Shown: positions 36,629-46,264, counted from the stretch's first letter. The stretch is 64,000 nucleotides of DNA from Dehalococcoidia bacterium (GCA_963667465.2 CAXXDN010000001.1:928001-992000), one strand, 5' to 3'. Numbers and translations are program-made. The notes: generated by a model not told the origin, from the sequence alone.

Positions 36629-38890
36629 CTACGAGGTCGCGGCGGGTGTGCTGTTGCTGCTCGCTCCGTTCTCGCCGAGCACGGAGCGCTCGATCAGTTC
36701 GGCGATATCGAAGGGGCGGATCCGCCCCTCTTCCTCCGGCTGGATGGCGGGCACGCCGTCCTCGAACATCTGGATGCAGAACGGGCAGTTGGAGACCACT
36801 TCCGAGGCGCCCGTGCCCACGGCTTCCTCGGTCCGCACGTGGTTGACGCGGCGCTCGCCGACCTCTTCCTGCCACATGTTGCCGCCGCCCGCGCCGCAAC
36901 ACAGGCCCTTGCTGCGGCTCCGCCGCATCTCGGTCAGGTCGACGCCCGGGAGCAACTCGATGATCTGGCGCGGCGCGTCGTAGACGCCGTTCATCCGCCC
37001 CAGGTAGCAGGAGTCGTGGTAGGTGACGCTGGAGTCGAGCGAGTGCTTCGGCGTGAGCGAGCCGTCTGCGAGCGCCTGCTCGAGGAACTCCGTGTGGTGG
37101 AGCACCTCGAAGCGGCCATCGAACTGCGGGTACTCGTTCTTGAACGTGTTGAAGCAGTGCGGGCAGTTGGTGATCACGCGCTGCACGTTCTTCGCCTTGA
37201 ACGTCTCGATCAGTTGCTCGGCGAGAATCTGGTAGAGGTACTCGTTGCCGAGGCGCCGCGCCGGGTCGCCGTTACAGGTTTCCTCCTGCCCCAGCACGCC
37301 GAAGCTGGCGCCGGACTCGCGGAGCAGCCGGAAGACGGACTGCGTGACCGGCAGGTTGCGCTCGACGAGCGAGCCCGAGCAGCCGACCCAGTAGAGATAG
37401 TCCTGCGAGCCGTCGAAGACCGGGACGTCCTCGAACCCCTCCATCCAGGACTCGCGCGTGAGGTTCGTGCCGCGCCAGGGGTGGCCGCGCATCTCCATGT
37501 TCTCGAGGGCGGTCTGGGCGGTGGCGGGGACGCGCGCCTCGTCCATCACCAGGTAGCGGCGCATGTCCACGATGGTGGGGACGTGCTCGATCATCACCGG
37601 GCACTCCTGCACGCAGGCGCCGCAGGTGCGGCAGGCCCAGAGCGTCTCGTCCCTGATCACCTCGCCGACCAGCTCCTGCTGCGCGACCTCGCGCACGTCG
37701 CCTCCGAGGTGGCCGCGCCGCTGGACCTCCGGCCCAACCGAGGCGAGGTGCGCCTTGAGGTCCTGGATGAGGTGCATCGGCGAGAGCGGCTGGCCGGCGA
37801 GGTCTGCGGGGCAGACCTCGGTACAGCGCCCGCAGCGCACGCAGGCGTCGAGCTCGAAGAGCTGCTTCCAGGTGAAGTCCTGGATCTGGCCGACGCCGAA
37901 GACCTCTTGCTCCTCGATGTCCTCGATCTTGGAGAGGCGGCCGGGGGCGTCGGTGCGCAGCAGGAAGGCGTTGACCGGAGCGAAGATCATGTGGTCGAGG
38001 CGCGTGAAGACCAGCAGCCCGAGCCAGGCGAAGGCGAGGATCACGTGGATCCACCACAGCCAGGTGTGGCCAGCCAGCACCTGGTCCTGCGTGAGGTCGA
38101 GGATGCCGAGTCCCTCGGCGATGACGTAGGAGACGAAGGACCAGCGCGCCCAGTCCGGGTGCGCGTCGAGCACCGTGCCGTCCTCGAGGATGAAGCCGTT
38201 CAGCTCGGTGACGCTGATCCGCGCCGCCTCCACGCCAAAGCCGGTCAGGAGGATCAGGCCGAGGCCCCAGATGATCGCGTGGTCCTCGATGCGCTCGTCC
38301 CAGCGGATGCGGTGGAAGTCGTCGAAGTAGCGCCGGTAGAGCGCCATGCCCACGCCGATCAGCCCGATCAGGCCGAACAGGTCGCCGTAGAAGGAGAAGA
38401 AGAGGTAGTAGTCGCCGTGCAGGAAGCTAAGCGGCGTGTCGTCCTCGAGCGCGACCTGCGCCGTCACCGCCGTGAGCACGATGATCGAGGAGAAGATGCA
38501 GAAGTGCATGATCCCGGCGTAGCGGTCGCGCCGCACCTTCTCCTGGCCGAGGCCGAGCCGCAGCGCGTTGCGCGCGCGCATCGGGATCTCGCGCAGGAGA
38601 CCGGGCGTGGGTTTGCCGACGGTCCAGAGGGTTGCGTGGCGGGCGAAGCCGTAGACCAGGAGGCCGGTCAGTGCGGCGAGCAGGATGTAGACGATCCAGG
38701 GCTGCTGGACGTTGAAGAAGACCTCGCGGCCCGCGTTGGTGCGCTCCAGCTCGATGGCGGAGATGAGGCCGAGGCCGCTGAGGCCCACGGCCGGCGCCCA
38801 CCAGGCGCCGGTGAGCCGGACCGGGCGGGGCTTGCCCCGGCGCCCGGCAGGGTGGGCAGGCGCCGCCGAATCCCGCTCTGAGACGCTCAT
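36629..38890 (-). CDS. Membrane Fe-S oxidoreductase (FadF / ETF:quinone oxidoreductase-type; NarI-like TM + 2x[4Fe-4S] + CCG domains)
   Basis: His-containing TM helices, CVRCGRC...CP, CRTCGAC...CP, CNGD, YHDSCYLGR, CCGAGGG, NCPFC; adjacent to etfBA. Confidence 0.88.
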   Translation of the reverse strand: MSVSERDSAAPAHPAGRRGKPRPVRLTGAWWAPAVGLSGLGLISAIELERTNAGREVFFNVQQPWIVYILLAALTGLLVYGFARHATLWTVGKPTPGLLREIPMRARNALRLGLGQEKVRRDRYAGIMHFCIFSSIIVLTAVTAQVALEDDTPLSFLHGDYYLFFSFYGDLFGLIGLIGVGMALYRRYFDDFHRIRWDERIEDHAIIWGLGLILLTGFGVEAARISVTELNGFILEDGTVLDAHPDWARWSFVSYVIAEGLGILDLTQDQVLAGHTWLWWIHVILAFAWLGLLVFTRLDHMIFAPVNAFLLRTDAPGRLSKIEDIEEQEVFGVGQIQDFTWKQLFELDACVRCGRCTEVCPADLAGQPLSPMHLIQDLKAHLASVGPEVQRRGHLGGDVREVAQQELVGEVIRDETLWACRTCGACVQECPVMIEHVPTIVDMRRYLVMDEARVPATAQTALENMEMRGHPWRGTNLTRESWMEGFEDVPVFDGSQDYLYWVGCSGSLVERNLPVTQSVFRLLRESGASFGVLGQEETCNGDPARRLGNEYLYQILAEQLIETFKAKNVQRVITNCPHCFNTFKNEYPQFDGRFEVLHHTEFLEQALADGSLTPKHSLDSSVTYHDSCYLGRMNGVYDAPRQIIELLPGVDLTEMRRSRSKGLCCGAGGGNMWQEEVGERRVNHVRTEEAVGTGASEVVSNCPFCIQMFEDGVPAIQPEEEGRIRPFDIAELIERSVLGENGASSNSTPAATS

Positions 38891-38988
38891 GCCAGTCCTT
38901 CCGGAGTCCGGCGCGAGCCTATCACCGCTTCGCGCTGTGGGCTCCCCCGGACAGCGCCGCCCTCACGCGGCCGTCCGGCCGCCTGTGA

Positions 38989-40563
38989 TCAGGACGTCGC
39001 CGCGGTGGCGGCCCCCCAGCGATCGCGGATGTCGTTCTTGAGCAGCTTGCCCATGTGGTTGCGCGGCAGCGGCTCTTCCACCCACTCGTAGAGCGCGGGC
39101 GCCTTGTAGGAGGCGAGCCGCGACTTCACGTAGCCCGTCAGGTCCTCGTCGGAGGGGCGGTCGCCGCCCTCGGTGCAGACGACCACGGCCTTCACGATCT
39201 CGCTCCACTCGACGTCGGGGACGCCGATCACGGCGGCCTCGGCGATCTCCGGGTGCTCCTCGAGCACGCCTTCGACCTCGCCGGGCGAGATGTTCTCGCC
39301 GCCGCGGATGATCAGGTCCTTCAGCCGCCCGGTGATGAACAGGTAGTTGTCCGGGTCCAGGTAGCCGACGTCGCCGGTGTGCAGCCAGCCGCCGCTGATC
39401 GCGGAGGCGGTCTCCTCCTCGCGCTTCTGGTACTCGCGCATGATGCGGTCGCCGCTGATGCAGATCTCGCCCTCTTCGCCCTGCGGCTGCGGCTCGCCGT
39501 TCGGCTTGAGGATGCCGACCTCGATGTCCGGCATCGGCCGGCCCACGGAGCGCAGGCGCTTGAGCTTCAGCTCGTTCTCCTCGGGCGTCCCGTCCAGGCG
39601 GTGGTCGTCCGGCCCCAGGTAGCTCATCGTCGAGGTCGACTCGGTCTGGCCGTAGGCGTTCATCAGCCCGCAGTCGAAGACCTCGACGGCCTGGCGCACC
39701 ACCTCGTACGGCATCGGGGCGGCGCCGTAGGTGATGAGCTGCAGCGAGGAGATGTCGTACTTGTCGAAGTCGTCGACCTCCATCACGCGCTTGAGCATCG
39801 TCGGGACGACGAAGGCGTGCGTGACGCGCTCGCGCTCGATCGTGTCGAGCCAGGCGGCGGGGTCGAACTGCGGCAGGATCGCGAGCTTGCGGCCGGCCCA
39901 GAGCGAGCCAAGCATCGTCGTCGCGCCCGCGACATGGAAGAACGGCACGGAGACGAGTATCACGTCCTGCTCGGCCGTCGGGTCCACGGGGTTCTGCGTG
40001 TTCACCACGTAGGCGGTGAGGGCCTTGTGGGTGAGCACCACGCCCTTCGGCAGCGCGGTGGTGCCGGAGGTGTAGATCACCATCGCCGGGTCGTCGTCGT
40101 CGACGGCGGCGAAGAACGGCTCATCGGCGCCGCTGGCCAGCAGCTGGTCGTACGTCTCGTGGCCGCTCGCCTCGAAGCCGAGGGTGTAGACGTGCTCCAC
40201 CTTGGGCAGCTGGCTGCGAATCTCCTGGAGGATCGGCCAGTAGCGCTCGGAGCAGAAGAAGACGTTCACATCGGAGACGTCGGCCATGTACTGGAGCTCT
40301 TCCGTCTTGGCCCGGAAGTTGAGCGGGACGAAGGTGGCGCCGACGCTGGCCGTCGCGTAGTAGAGCTCGACGAACTCGTTGGCGTTGACCGACATGATGC
40401 CGACGTTCTGGCCCTTGCCCACGCCGATCGCGCTGAGCGCGTGCGCGAGGCGATTGACCCGCGACTGCAGCTCCATGTACGTCACGCTCGAATCCAGGTC
40501 GGATACGGCCACGCGGTCCGGCACCATGCTGCCGGCAATCATCAGGATGTCTGCGGTATTCAT
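38989..40563 (-). CDS. Long-chain fatty acid/acyl-CoA ligase (AMP-binding)
   Basis: YTSGTTALPKG, YGQTE, LHTGDVG, GRLKDLIIRGGENI, LPRNHMGK. Confidence 0.92.
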   Translation of the reverse strand: MNTADILMIAGSMVPDRVAVSDLDSSVTYMELQSRVNRLAHALSAIGVGKGQNVGIMSVNANEFVELYYATASVGATFVPLNFRAKTEELQYMADVSDVNVFFCSERYWPILQEIRSQLPKVEHVYTLGFEASGHETYDQLLASGADEPFFAAVDDDDPAMVIYTSGTTALPKGVVLTHKALTAYVVNTQNPVDPTAEQDVILVSVPFFHVAGATTMLGSLWAGRKLAILPQFDPAAWLDTIERERVTHAFVVPTMLKRVMEVDDFDKYDISSLQLITYGAAPMPYEVVRQAVEVFDCGLMNAYGQTESTSTMSYLGPDDHRLDGTPEENELKLKRLRSVGRPMPDIEVGILKPNGEPQPQGEEGEICISGDRIMREYQKREEETASAISGGWLHTGDVGYLDPDNYLFITGRLKDLIIRGGENISPGEVEGVLEEHPEIAEAAVIGVPDVEWSEIVKAVVVCTEGGDRPSDEDLTGYVKSRLASYKAPALYEWVEEPLPRNHMGKLLKNDIRDRWGAATAATS

Positions 40564-40632
40564 CGCTCGGAGTCCCCCTCTGCGCTGTGGGCGCGTGCGG
40601 CGCGTTCCGCGCGCCGCGGTCCTGGCCGCGCC

Positions 40633-41133
40633 CTAGTCTACGTCCGCCGGTTCGCCTGCGAGATCGATCTTCCCGTCCTCGCCTCGCTCCAGCGGGAGGC
40701 GCCGGAGATCGAGGCCATCGTCGCCCAGTCCCCGGCCGCTGATGTCATACAGCGCCCCGCTGCAGATGTCGAAGAACCGTCCGTACCCGTCCGTTCCCGC
40801 GAGGTCCGGGCGAAACGACACCCGGCACTCGCCACCCGGCGGATTATGCGGATCAACATCGGAAAGCGCGATCACCTCGCCGTCCGGCAGCCGCACCACG
40901 AACAGCCCGTCCGTGCTGCGATACACAACCGACGCGAGAGCATAATCCTCCACGTAGCCGAGATCGATCCCCCCACCCCGCAGGCCCGACGCGCCGTAGG
41001 CGATCCCGACGACGAGCCCTATGACGATCAGGACGAGGCCGACGAGGCAGCCGGGCCGGACGCCGGTCGGCTCGGTGCCGTGCTGACCCCAGGTCCGCGG
41101 TGGATTCCGGGGCCCGTCGTCCGTGGCATGCAT
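40633..41133 (-). CDS. Membrane-anchored Rieske-fold protein with degenerate cluster motifs
   Basis: One TM helix, then IALSDVDPH...C and FFDICSGALYDISG aligning to Rieske boxes I/II. Confidence 0.65.
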   Translation of the reverse strand: MHATDDGPRNPPRTWGQHGTEPTGVRPGCLVGLVLIVIGLVVGIAYGASGLRGGGIDLGYVEDYALASVVYRSTDGLFVVRLPDGEVIALSDVDPHNPPGGECRVSFRPDLAGTDGYGRFFDICSGALYDISGRGLGDDGLDLRRLPLERGEDGKIDLAGEPADVD

Positions 41134-41153
41134 GACTGGTTCGCTCTCGCTGC

Positions 41154-41687
41154 TCAGGGCGCCTCGGTGGCGTTCGGGTCGGGGCGGCCGATCACCTCGA
41201 CCTCGATCAGCGGGCGGTCCTGGGCGTCGACGGGCTGCGGGCGCGTGATGCGGAAGGTGCGCAGCGGCGAGGCGGTGCCGTCGATCGCCTCGCCGCCCAG
41301 CGCCCACACGCCGGCCGAGCAGGGGTCGGTGTAGACCCCGTTACGGCCGAGCGGGTTGCGCGCGGCGCCCCGCGGGTCGTCGGGGCGCAGCTCGATCGTG
41401 CAGCCGGTGCCGCGCGCGATCGCGTCGAGGGCGCGGATCATTCTCCGCTCGCCGTCGTCGTCGATCGCGATCACGAAGATGCGCACCTCCGGGAACCAGA
41501 CCGGCTCGCCGACCTCGAAGTGCTCTGCCGGCCCGGCGTCGAAGAGGAACACCTCCGGCTGCGGGTTGATGACGAAGCGGCCCCAGAGGATCGCGGCGGC
41601 GCCGATGGCGACGATCGCGAGCAGCGCGATCAACCCGAACGGCCGGCCGGGCGGCCGCGGCTGCGCCGCTGGCTGCTCCTCGCTCAT
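41154..41687 (-). CDS. Membrane-anchored Rieske-fold protein with degenerate cluster motifs
   Basis: One TM helix, RALDAIARGTGC, YTDPCSAGVWALGG, GTASPL. Confidence 0.65.
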   Translation of the reverse strand: MSEEQPAAQPRPPGRPFGLIALLAIVAIGAAAILWGRFVINPQPEVFLFDAGPAEHFEVGEPVWFPEVRIFVIAIDDDGERRMIRALDAIARGTGCTIELRPDDPRGAARNPLGRNGVYTDPCSAGVWALGGEAIDGTASPLRTFRITRPQPVDAQDRPLIEVEVIGRPDPNATEAP

Positions 41688-42403
41688 GAGCCCGCGACCG
41701 CCGCCGCGAGCCGCCGCTCGAGGGCGAGCCCGGCCGCGAGCGGCTGGTCGAGGCCGTCGCGGACCGCGCGTTTGGCCGCGCGCAGCGCCGCCGGATCGCG
41801 ATCGGCGAGCGCCCGCGCCCACTCGCGCGCCGCCGCGTCGAGCTCCTCGCGCGGCACGACGCGCTGGACGAAGCCGAGGTTGTAGGCCTCGCGGGCGCTG
41901 ATCGGTTCGCCGCTGGTGGCCATGCGCAGCGCCTCGCTGGAGGCGATGTGGCGGGGGACGGTCTGCGTGCCCCCGGCGGAGGGGATGTAGCCGAGCGTCA
42001 CCTCCGGAATCGCGAAGCGGGCGTCCGCGGAGGCGACGCGCAGGTCGCAGTAGAGCGAGAGCTCGAGGCCCGCGCCGTAGGCAAAGCCCTGGATCGCGGC
42101 GATCAGCGGCAGGTCGAGGCTCGCCATCAGGCCCCAGAGATCGCGACGCACGCGCGCGTCGCGCGCCTCCAGGTAGGAGGGCGCGGTGCCGAACTCGGTG
42201 ATGTCGGCGCCGGCGCTGAATGCGCGATCGCCGGCGCCGCGGAAGACGGCGGCGCGGACGGAAGGGTCGTCACGCAGCAGTTCGAGCTGCATCCACAGCT
42301 CATCGCGCAACTCCAGGTGGATCGCGTTGAGCCGCTCCGGGCGGTTGAGCGTGAGCCAGACGATGTCGCCCTCGCGCTCGGCGAGGACGAAGGGGCCGCT
42401 CAC
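41684..42403 (-). CDS. Enoyl-CoA hydratase/isomerase
   Basis: LNRPERLNA, AFSAGADI, GAGLEL...CD, PEVTLG. Confidence 0.9.
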   Translation of the reverse strand: MSGPFVLAEREGDIVWLTLNRPERLNAIHLELRDELWMQLELLRDDPSVRAAVFRGAGDRAFSAGADITEFGTAPSYLEARDARVRRDLWGLMASLDLPLIAAIQGFAYGAGLELSLYCDLRVASADARFAIPEVTLGYIPSAGGTQTVPRHIASSEALRMATSGEPISAREAYNLGFVQRVVPREELDAAAREWARALADRDPAALRAAKRAVRDGLDQPLAAGLALERRLAAAVAGS

Positions 42404-42458
42404 GGGGCGGCCTCGCGAGATCCGTGCGCGGGCTTGCCCATGTCGGCTTCGCTGCCGA

Positions 42459-42695
42459 TCAGGCCCAGTCTGGCTTGACGATGCCGGTCCTGAGGCTGCT
42501 GTCGTGCGCGTGCTGCAGCTCGCTGTTGACCTTCTCCGTCAGCAGCTTCATCTCCGGGGAGGTGGCCGTCACCCGGTCGTTGCGCCAGCGCCGGAGCGTC
42601 GCCGCGTCCTTGCGGCTCAGTCCGGCCTCGTCGATCCCGTTGAGGATCGCGCCCGCCATCACCAGGACCTCGTCGATCGAGAGTTCTACCTTCAT
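42459..42695 (-). CDS. Small hypothetical protein (78 aa), paralog of 42692-42961
   Basis: ATGA-coupled to the upstream gene; shares the LS...RxWRxxRV motif. Confidence 0.7.
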   Translation of the reverse strand: MKVELSIDEVLVMAGAILNGIDEAGLSRKDAATLRRWRNDRVTATSPEMKLLTEKVNSELQHAHDSSLRTGIVKPDWA

Positions 42696-42961
42696 GCTCG
42701 CGCCCGCTCCTCCGCCGTGCCGCGGGTCACGCGCCCGCGCTTGACGTAACGCCGTGTGGTTGACTCCTCGATGAAGGTCATCAGCGCCTCGTTGAAGTCG
42801 TCCGCGAAGTCCTCCAGGCCCTCGCGGCCGGGCACCCGCTCCGTGCGCCACGTGCGAATGGCGTCCTTGCCCTCGTCGCTCAACTCGACTCCGTCGAGGA
42901 TCTGCGCGGTGAACAGCGAGACCACCGTCGCCACCTCGTTCGGATTGAGGATGATGTTCAT
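42692..42961 (-). CDS. Small hypothetical protein (89 aa)
   Basis: SD GGAGG before ATG; strong GC3 bias. Confidence 0.72.
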   Translation of the reverse strand: MNIILNPNEVATVVSLFTAQILDGVELSDEGKDAIRTWRTERVPGREGLEDFADDFNEALMTFIEESTTRRYVKRGRVTRGTAEERARA

Positions 42962-43111
42962 CTTCCCTCCGTCTCCGTCGTGTTCGCCGCGCATCGGACC
43001 CTGTCTCGATGCGCCCTCTGATTGATTGGTCGCCGCGGAGAGCCGCGGGCGCAGCGGTACACTTTACCGCGCGTGCGGCGCTCGGTCGCGTCCGGCTCCG
43101 ATTGCGCCGAT

Positions 43112-43876
43112 TCAGCGTCCCTCGAACTGCGGGTCGCGCCGCTCCACGAAGGCGCGCACGCCCTCGGCGCGGTCCTCCGTCGTCTGCAGCAGCACGGTCA
43201 GTTCGAGTTCGAGGTTCAACCCCTGATCCAGCGAGAGATCCATGCCGCGCCGGATCGCCTCCTTGGCGAAGCGCGTCGCCAGCGGGCCGCGCGCCGCGAT
43301 CGTACGCGCGATCTCGTTCGACGCCTCGATCTCCCCGCCGTCCGCCACCACCGAGGAGACGAGGCCGATGCGCTTCGCCTCGGCGGCGTCGATCGCCTCG
43401 CCGGTGAGCAGCAGGCGCAGCGCCTGCGCGCGGCCGACGGCGCGCGGGAGGCGCTGCGTGCCGCCGCCGTGCGGGATCCGCCCGGCGCCCGTCTCCGGGA
43501 GCGCGAAGCTCGCGCCCTCAGCGGCCACGCGGATGTCGCAGGCGAGCGCCAGCTCGAGGCCGGCCGAGTGCGCGCGCCCGCCGATCGCGGCGACGAGCGG
43601 CTGCGGCAGCGCTGCCAGCGCGTCGAAGGCAGCGCCCGCCGGGGCGATCAGCGCTGCCACGCCCGCGGAGGCGGCGAGCGCGTCCGTGCTCCAGCCCGCG
43701 CCGAAGTCCGGCCCCACGCTCGCCACGACCACGGCGCTGATCTCCGGGTGGCGCGCCTCCAGCTCCGCGGTCGCGGCCGCGATTCCGTCGAGCAGCGCGC
43801 GGTCGTAGCCGCCCTCGGGCGGGTCGATGGTCAGCGTGGCGACGGAGCCGGCGAAGGAGAGGGCAGTCAGCGACAT
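43112..43876 (-). CDS. Enoyl-CoA hydratase/isomerase
   Basis: AGLELALACD, PETGAG, GGTQRLPRAVG, EDRAEGVRAF. Confidence 0.88.
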   Translation of the reverse strand: MSLTALSFAGSVATLTIDPPEGGYDRALLDGIAAATAELEARHPEISAVVVASVGPDFGAGWSTDALAASAGVAALIAPAGAAFDALAALPQPLVAAIGGRAHSAGLELALACDIRVAAEGASFALPETGAGRIPHGGGTQRLPRAVGRAQALRLLLTGEAIDAAEAKRIGLVSSVVADGGEIEASNEIARTIAARGPLATRFAKEAIRRGMDLSLDQGLNLELELTVLLQTTEDRAEGVRAFVERRDPQFEGR

Positions 43877-44031
43877 GCCACCTCGGGGGCGAGCAGCGGG
43901 TGTGTGGGCTCGTGGATGCCTGTAGATCGCTGCGAGGGCCTCATTGGAGCAGTGTACCCCGCCCCGCCCCGCCGGGCCGCTGGACGGCGCACCCCCTGGC
44001 TGCGATCCTCGGCGGCGAGGGGAAAGGCGCG

Positions 44032-44790
44032 ATGGACCTCGAACTGGCCGGGCGCTCCGTGATCGTTACCGGCGCAAGCCGCGGCATCGGCCTTTCGATC
44101 GCCGGGGCGTTCGCCGCCGAGGGTGCACGTGTCACGATCTGCGCTCGCGGCGCCGAGGGCGTCGAGGCCGCCGCTGAGAGCCTGCGCGCCGCCGGCGCCG
44201 AGGCGCAGGGCGTCGCCGCCGACGTAACCCGTGACGAGGAATGCGCGCGTGTCGTGGAGGCGGCCGTGGCCGCTTACGGGGGCGTCGACGCGCTCGTCAA
44301 CAACGCCGGCGGCTCCATCCGCGAGGGTGATGTCGAGGGCCGGATGCGCGCCTCGCTGGACGCGAACCTGCTTTCCGCGCGGCTGATGTCGGAGCAGGCG
44401 CGCCCACACCTGGCCGCCGCCGGCGGCGCGATCGTCAACATCTCCTCGATCTTCGGGCGCGAGAGCGGCGGAGCCGTCGAGTACAACGCCTCCAAGGCCG
44501 CGCAGATCGCGATGTCCAAGGCGCTCGCCCGCGAGTGGATCGGCGAGGGCATCCGTGTCAACAGCGTCGCGCCCGGCTCGATCGCCTTTGAGGGTGGCTC
44601 CTGGGGCAACCGGCTGCGCGACGACCCCGAGGGCATGCGCGTCTTCGTCGAGCAGGAGATTCCCGGCGGCCGCTTCGGGCGTCCCGAGGAAGTCGCGGCG
44701 CTCGTCGTGTTTCTCGCCTCGCCGCGAGCCTCGTGGGTGGTGGGGGCGACGCTGAACGTTGATGGCGGCCAGTCACGCTCTAACATCTAG
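44032..44790 (+). CDS. Short-chain dehydrogenase/reductase
   Basis: TGASRGIG, NNAG, YNASK, VAPG, VDGG. Confidence 0.92.
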   Translation: MDLELAGRSVIVTGASRGIGLSIAGAFAAEGARVTICARGAEGVEAAAESLRAAGAEAQGVAADVTRDEECARVVEAAVAAYGGVDALVNNAGGSIREGDVEGRMRASLDANLLSARLMSEQARPHLAAAGGAIVNISSIFGRESGGAVEYNASKAAQIAMSKALAREWIGEGIRVNSVAPGSIAFEGGSWGNRLRDDPEGMRVFVEQEIPGGRFGRPEEVAALVVFLASPRASWVVGATLNVDGGQSRSNI

Positions 44791-44814
44791 GCGGACGGCG
44801 CAGGAGGGCGCTCG

Positions 44815-45237
44815 ATGCGATTCTCACGATCTGACTTGCCCGGCATCGCGATCGCCCTGGTCGCCGGGCCGGCGCTGATGCTGCTCTTCCTCGCCGCGAG
44901 CGAGACCTGGGGGCACAAGGGCACGCCGCTGCTTGGCTTCATGGCGGGAAACCTCGGCCTCGCCGCCGGCCTCGCGGCGCTGTTCTCGCGCTTCATCCTC
45001 AAGTGGGACGTGCCGCTCAGCGCGGTCCTCGCGATTCTCGCCGTTGTCGGCGCGGTGAAGTGGCTGCAGATCAGCGGCAACGACGGCACGAGGCTGGCCA
45101 CGGGCGTGAAGTGGGCCGGCGTGATCGCCTTCGTCGTGCTCAACGTCGCTGTGCTCTGGCAGCTCGTGACCAACGGCCTGGTCCCGCTGCTCGACCGCTT
45201 CGACGAGTGGCGGGCGCGGCGGGCCGCCGAGCGCTGA
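44815..45237 (+). CDS. Hypothetical membrane protein (4 TM)
   Basis: Four hydrophobic segments; SD GGAGG. Confidence 0.75.
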   Translation: MRFSRSDLPGIAIALVAGPALMLLFLAASETWGHKGTPLLGFMAGNLGLAAGLAALFSRFILKWDVPLSAVLAILAVVGAVKWLQISGNDGTRLATGVKWAGVIAFVVLNVAVLWQLVTNGLVPLLDRFDEWRARRAAER

Positions 45238-45262
45238 CGCCCATCACCCGCCTGCGACTCCC

Positions 45263-46261
45263 GTGAGCGACGACGCACCCACCGACGCCGACGCCGCGGC
45301 GGCGCGCGCCCGCGCCGTCACGACCTCGCTCGTCGCGGCCTGGATGGGCGAGCGCTACTACCGCACGTTTCGGCCGATGGACCCCGGCGAGAGCGCCTTC
45401 GACGCGCTGTTCCAGCAGCGCGATCGCCGCATCGGCGTCAGCTGCGGCCTGCTCTGGGACGGCGGCGGGCCGCCCGGCGCGACGGATCTTGCTTCGCTGA
45501 TCGAGGACGACCTCGAGGGCGACGAGGGCGGCTACGTGGTCTGGATCCCGCCCGGAGGCGAGCTGCCTCCCGCCGAACCGAAGCAGTCCGCGCTACGCCT
45601 CGCGCTCGCACGCGCGCTCGGCGGCCTCGAACCGGGCGAGCGGCGCGAGGTGCGGCTACCCGTGACGCTGCCGCTGGCGAAGGTGGACGCCGAGGGCGCC
45701 TACATGTCCGTCAGCGGACCGCTCGCCAGCGAGTGGACGACGCTCTCCGAAGGCATCGGAGGCGCGTTCCACCTCGATGGCCGCTCGCTGCGGCGGCTGC
45801 CCGAGGAGCGCGCCGAGCTGGAGATCGTGCTGGCGCAGATCCGCGACCGCGCGGCGTTGCTGGAGCAGGGCGAGGTGACGGCGGTGGACGCGCACGACTA
45901 CTGGCTCGTCTCACGCCTCCCCGCGGACGAGCCTCGAGGCGTCACGGTGTTCGGCGCACCGCCGGCATTCGACGCTGGCGACGGCGCCTGGGTGCGCCGC
46001 GGCCTGCGCGCGCACCTGCGCCGCGCCGTCGCGCAGCGTGAGGCCGCCGAGGCTGCAGGCGAGGCGATCGAGCTGAGCGTGCTTGCACTCGGTGCGTCGT
46101 TGGCGCACATCGGCGAGGAGATGGCAACGGCGGCGCTGCGCGGGATGAGTCCGGCCACCTACGGCGGGGTCGACCTCGTGGCGCTGGTTGCGGACGGCCA
46201 GGTGCGGCAGTTGCTGCAGCCGCGCTCGCTGCCCTGGGCCCCGCCGCCGCCGGGGCGCTGA
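45263..46261 (+). CDS. Hypothetical protein
   Basis: 332-aa ORF with GC3 bias, co-oriented with the upstream genes; no confident family. Confidence 0.7.
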   Translation: MSDDAPTDADAAAARARAVTTSLVAAWMGERYYRTFRPMDPGESAFDALFQQRDRRIGVSCGLLWDGGGPPGATDLASLIEDDLEGDEGGYVVWIPPGGELPPAEPKQSALRLALARALGGLEPGERREVRLPVTLPLAKVDAEGAYMSVSGPLASEWTTLSEGIGGAFHLDGRSLRRLPEERAELEIVLAQIRDRAALLEQGEVTAVDAHDYWLVSRLPADEPRGVTVFGAPPAFDAGDGAWVRRGLRAHLRRAVAQREAAEAAGEAIELSVLALGASLAHIGEEMATAALRGMSPATYGGVDLVALVADGQVRQLLQPRSLPWAPPPPGR

Positions 46262-46264
46262 GCG

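Noticed and set aside
36293-41334. Long antisense ORFs (e.g. 36293-38881 and 39055-41334) and similar Arg/Ala/Pro-rich alternative frames throughout the window
   Set aside because: Shadow ORFs caused by high GC3 codon bias opposite well-supported genes; they carry no motifs.
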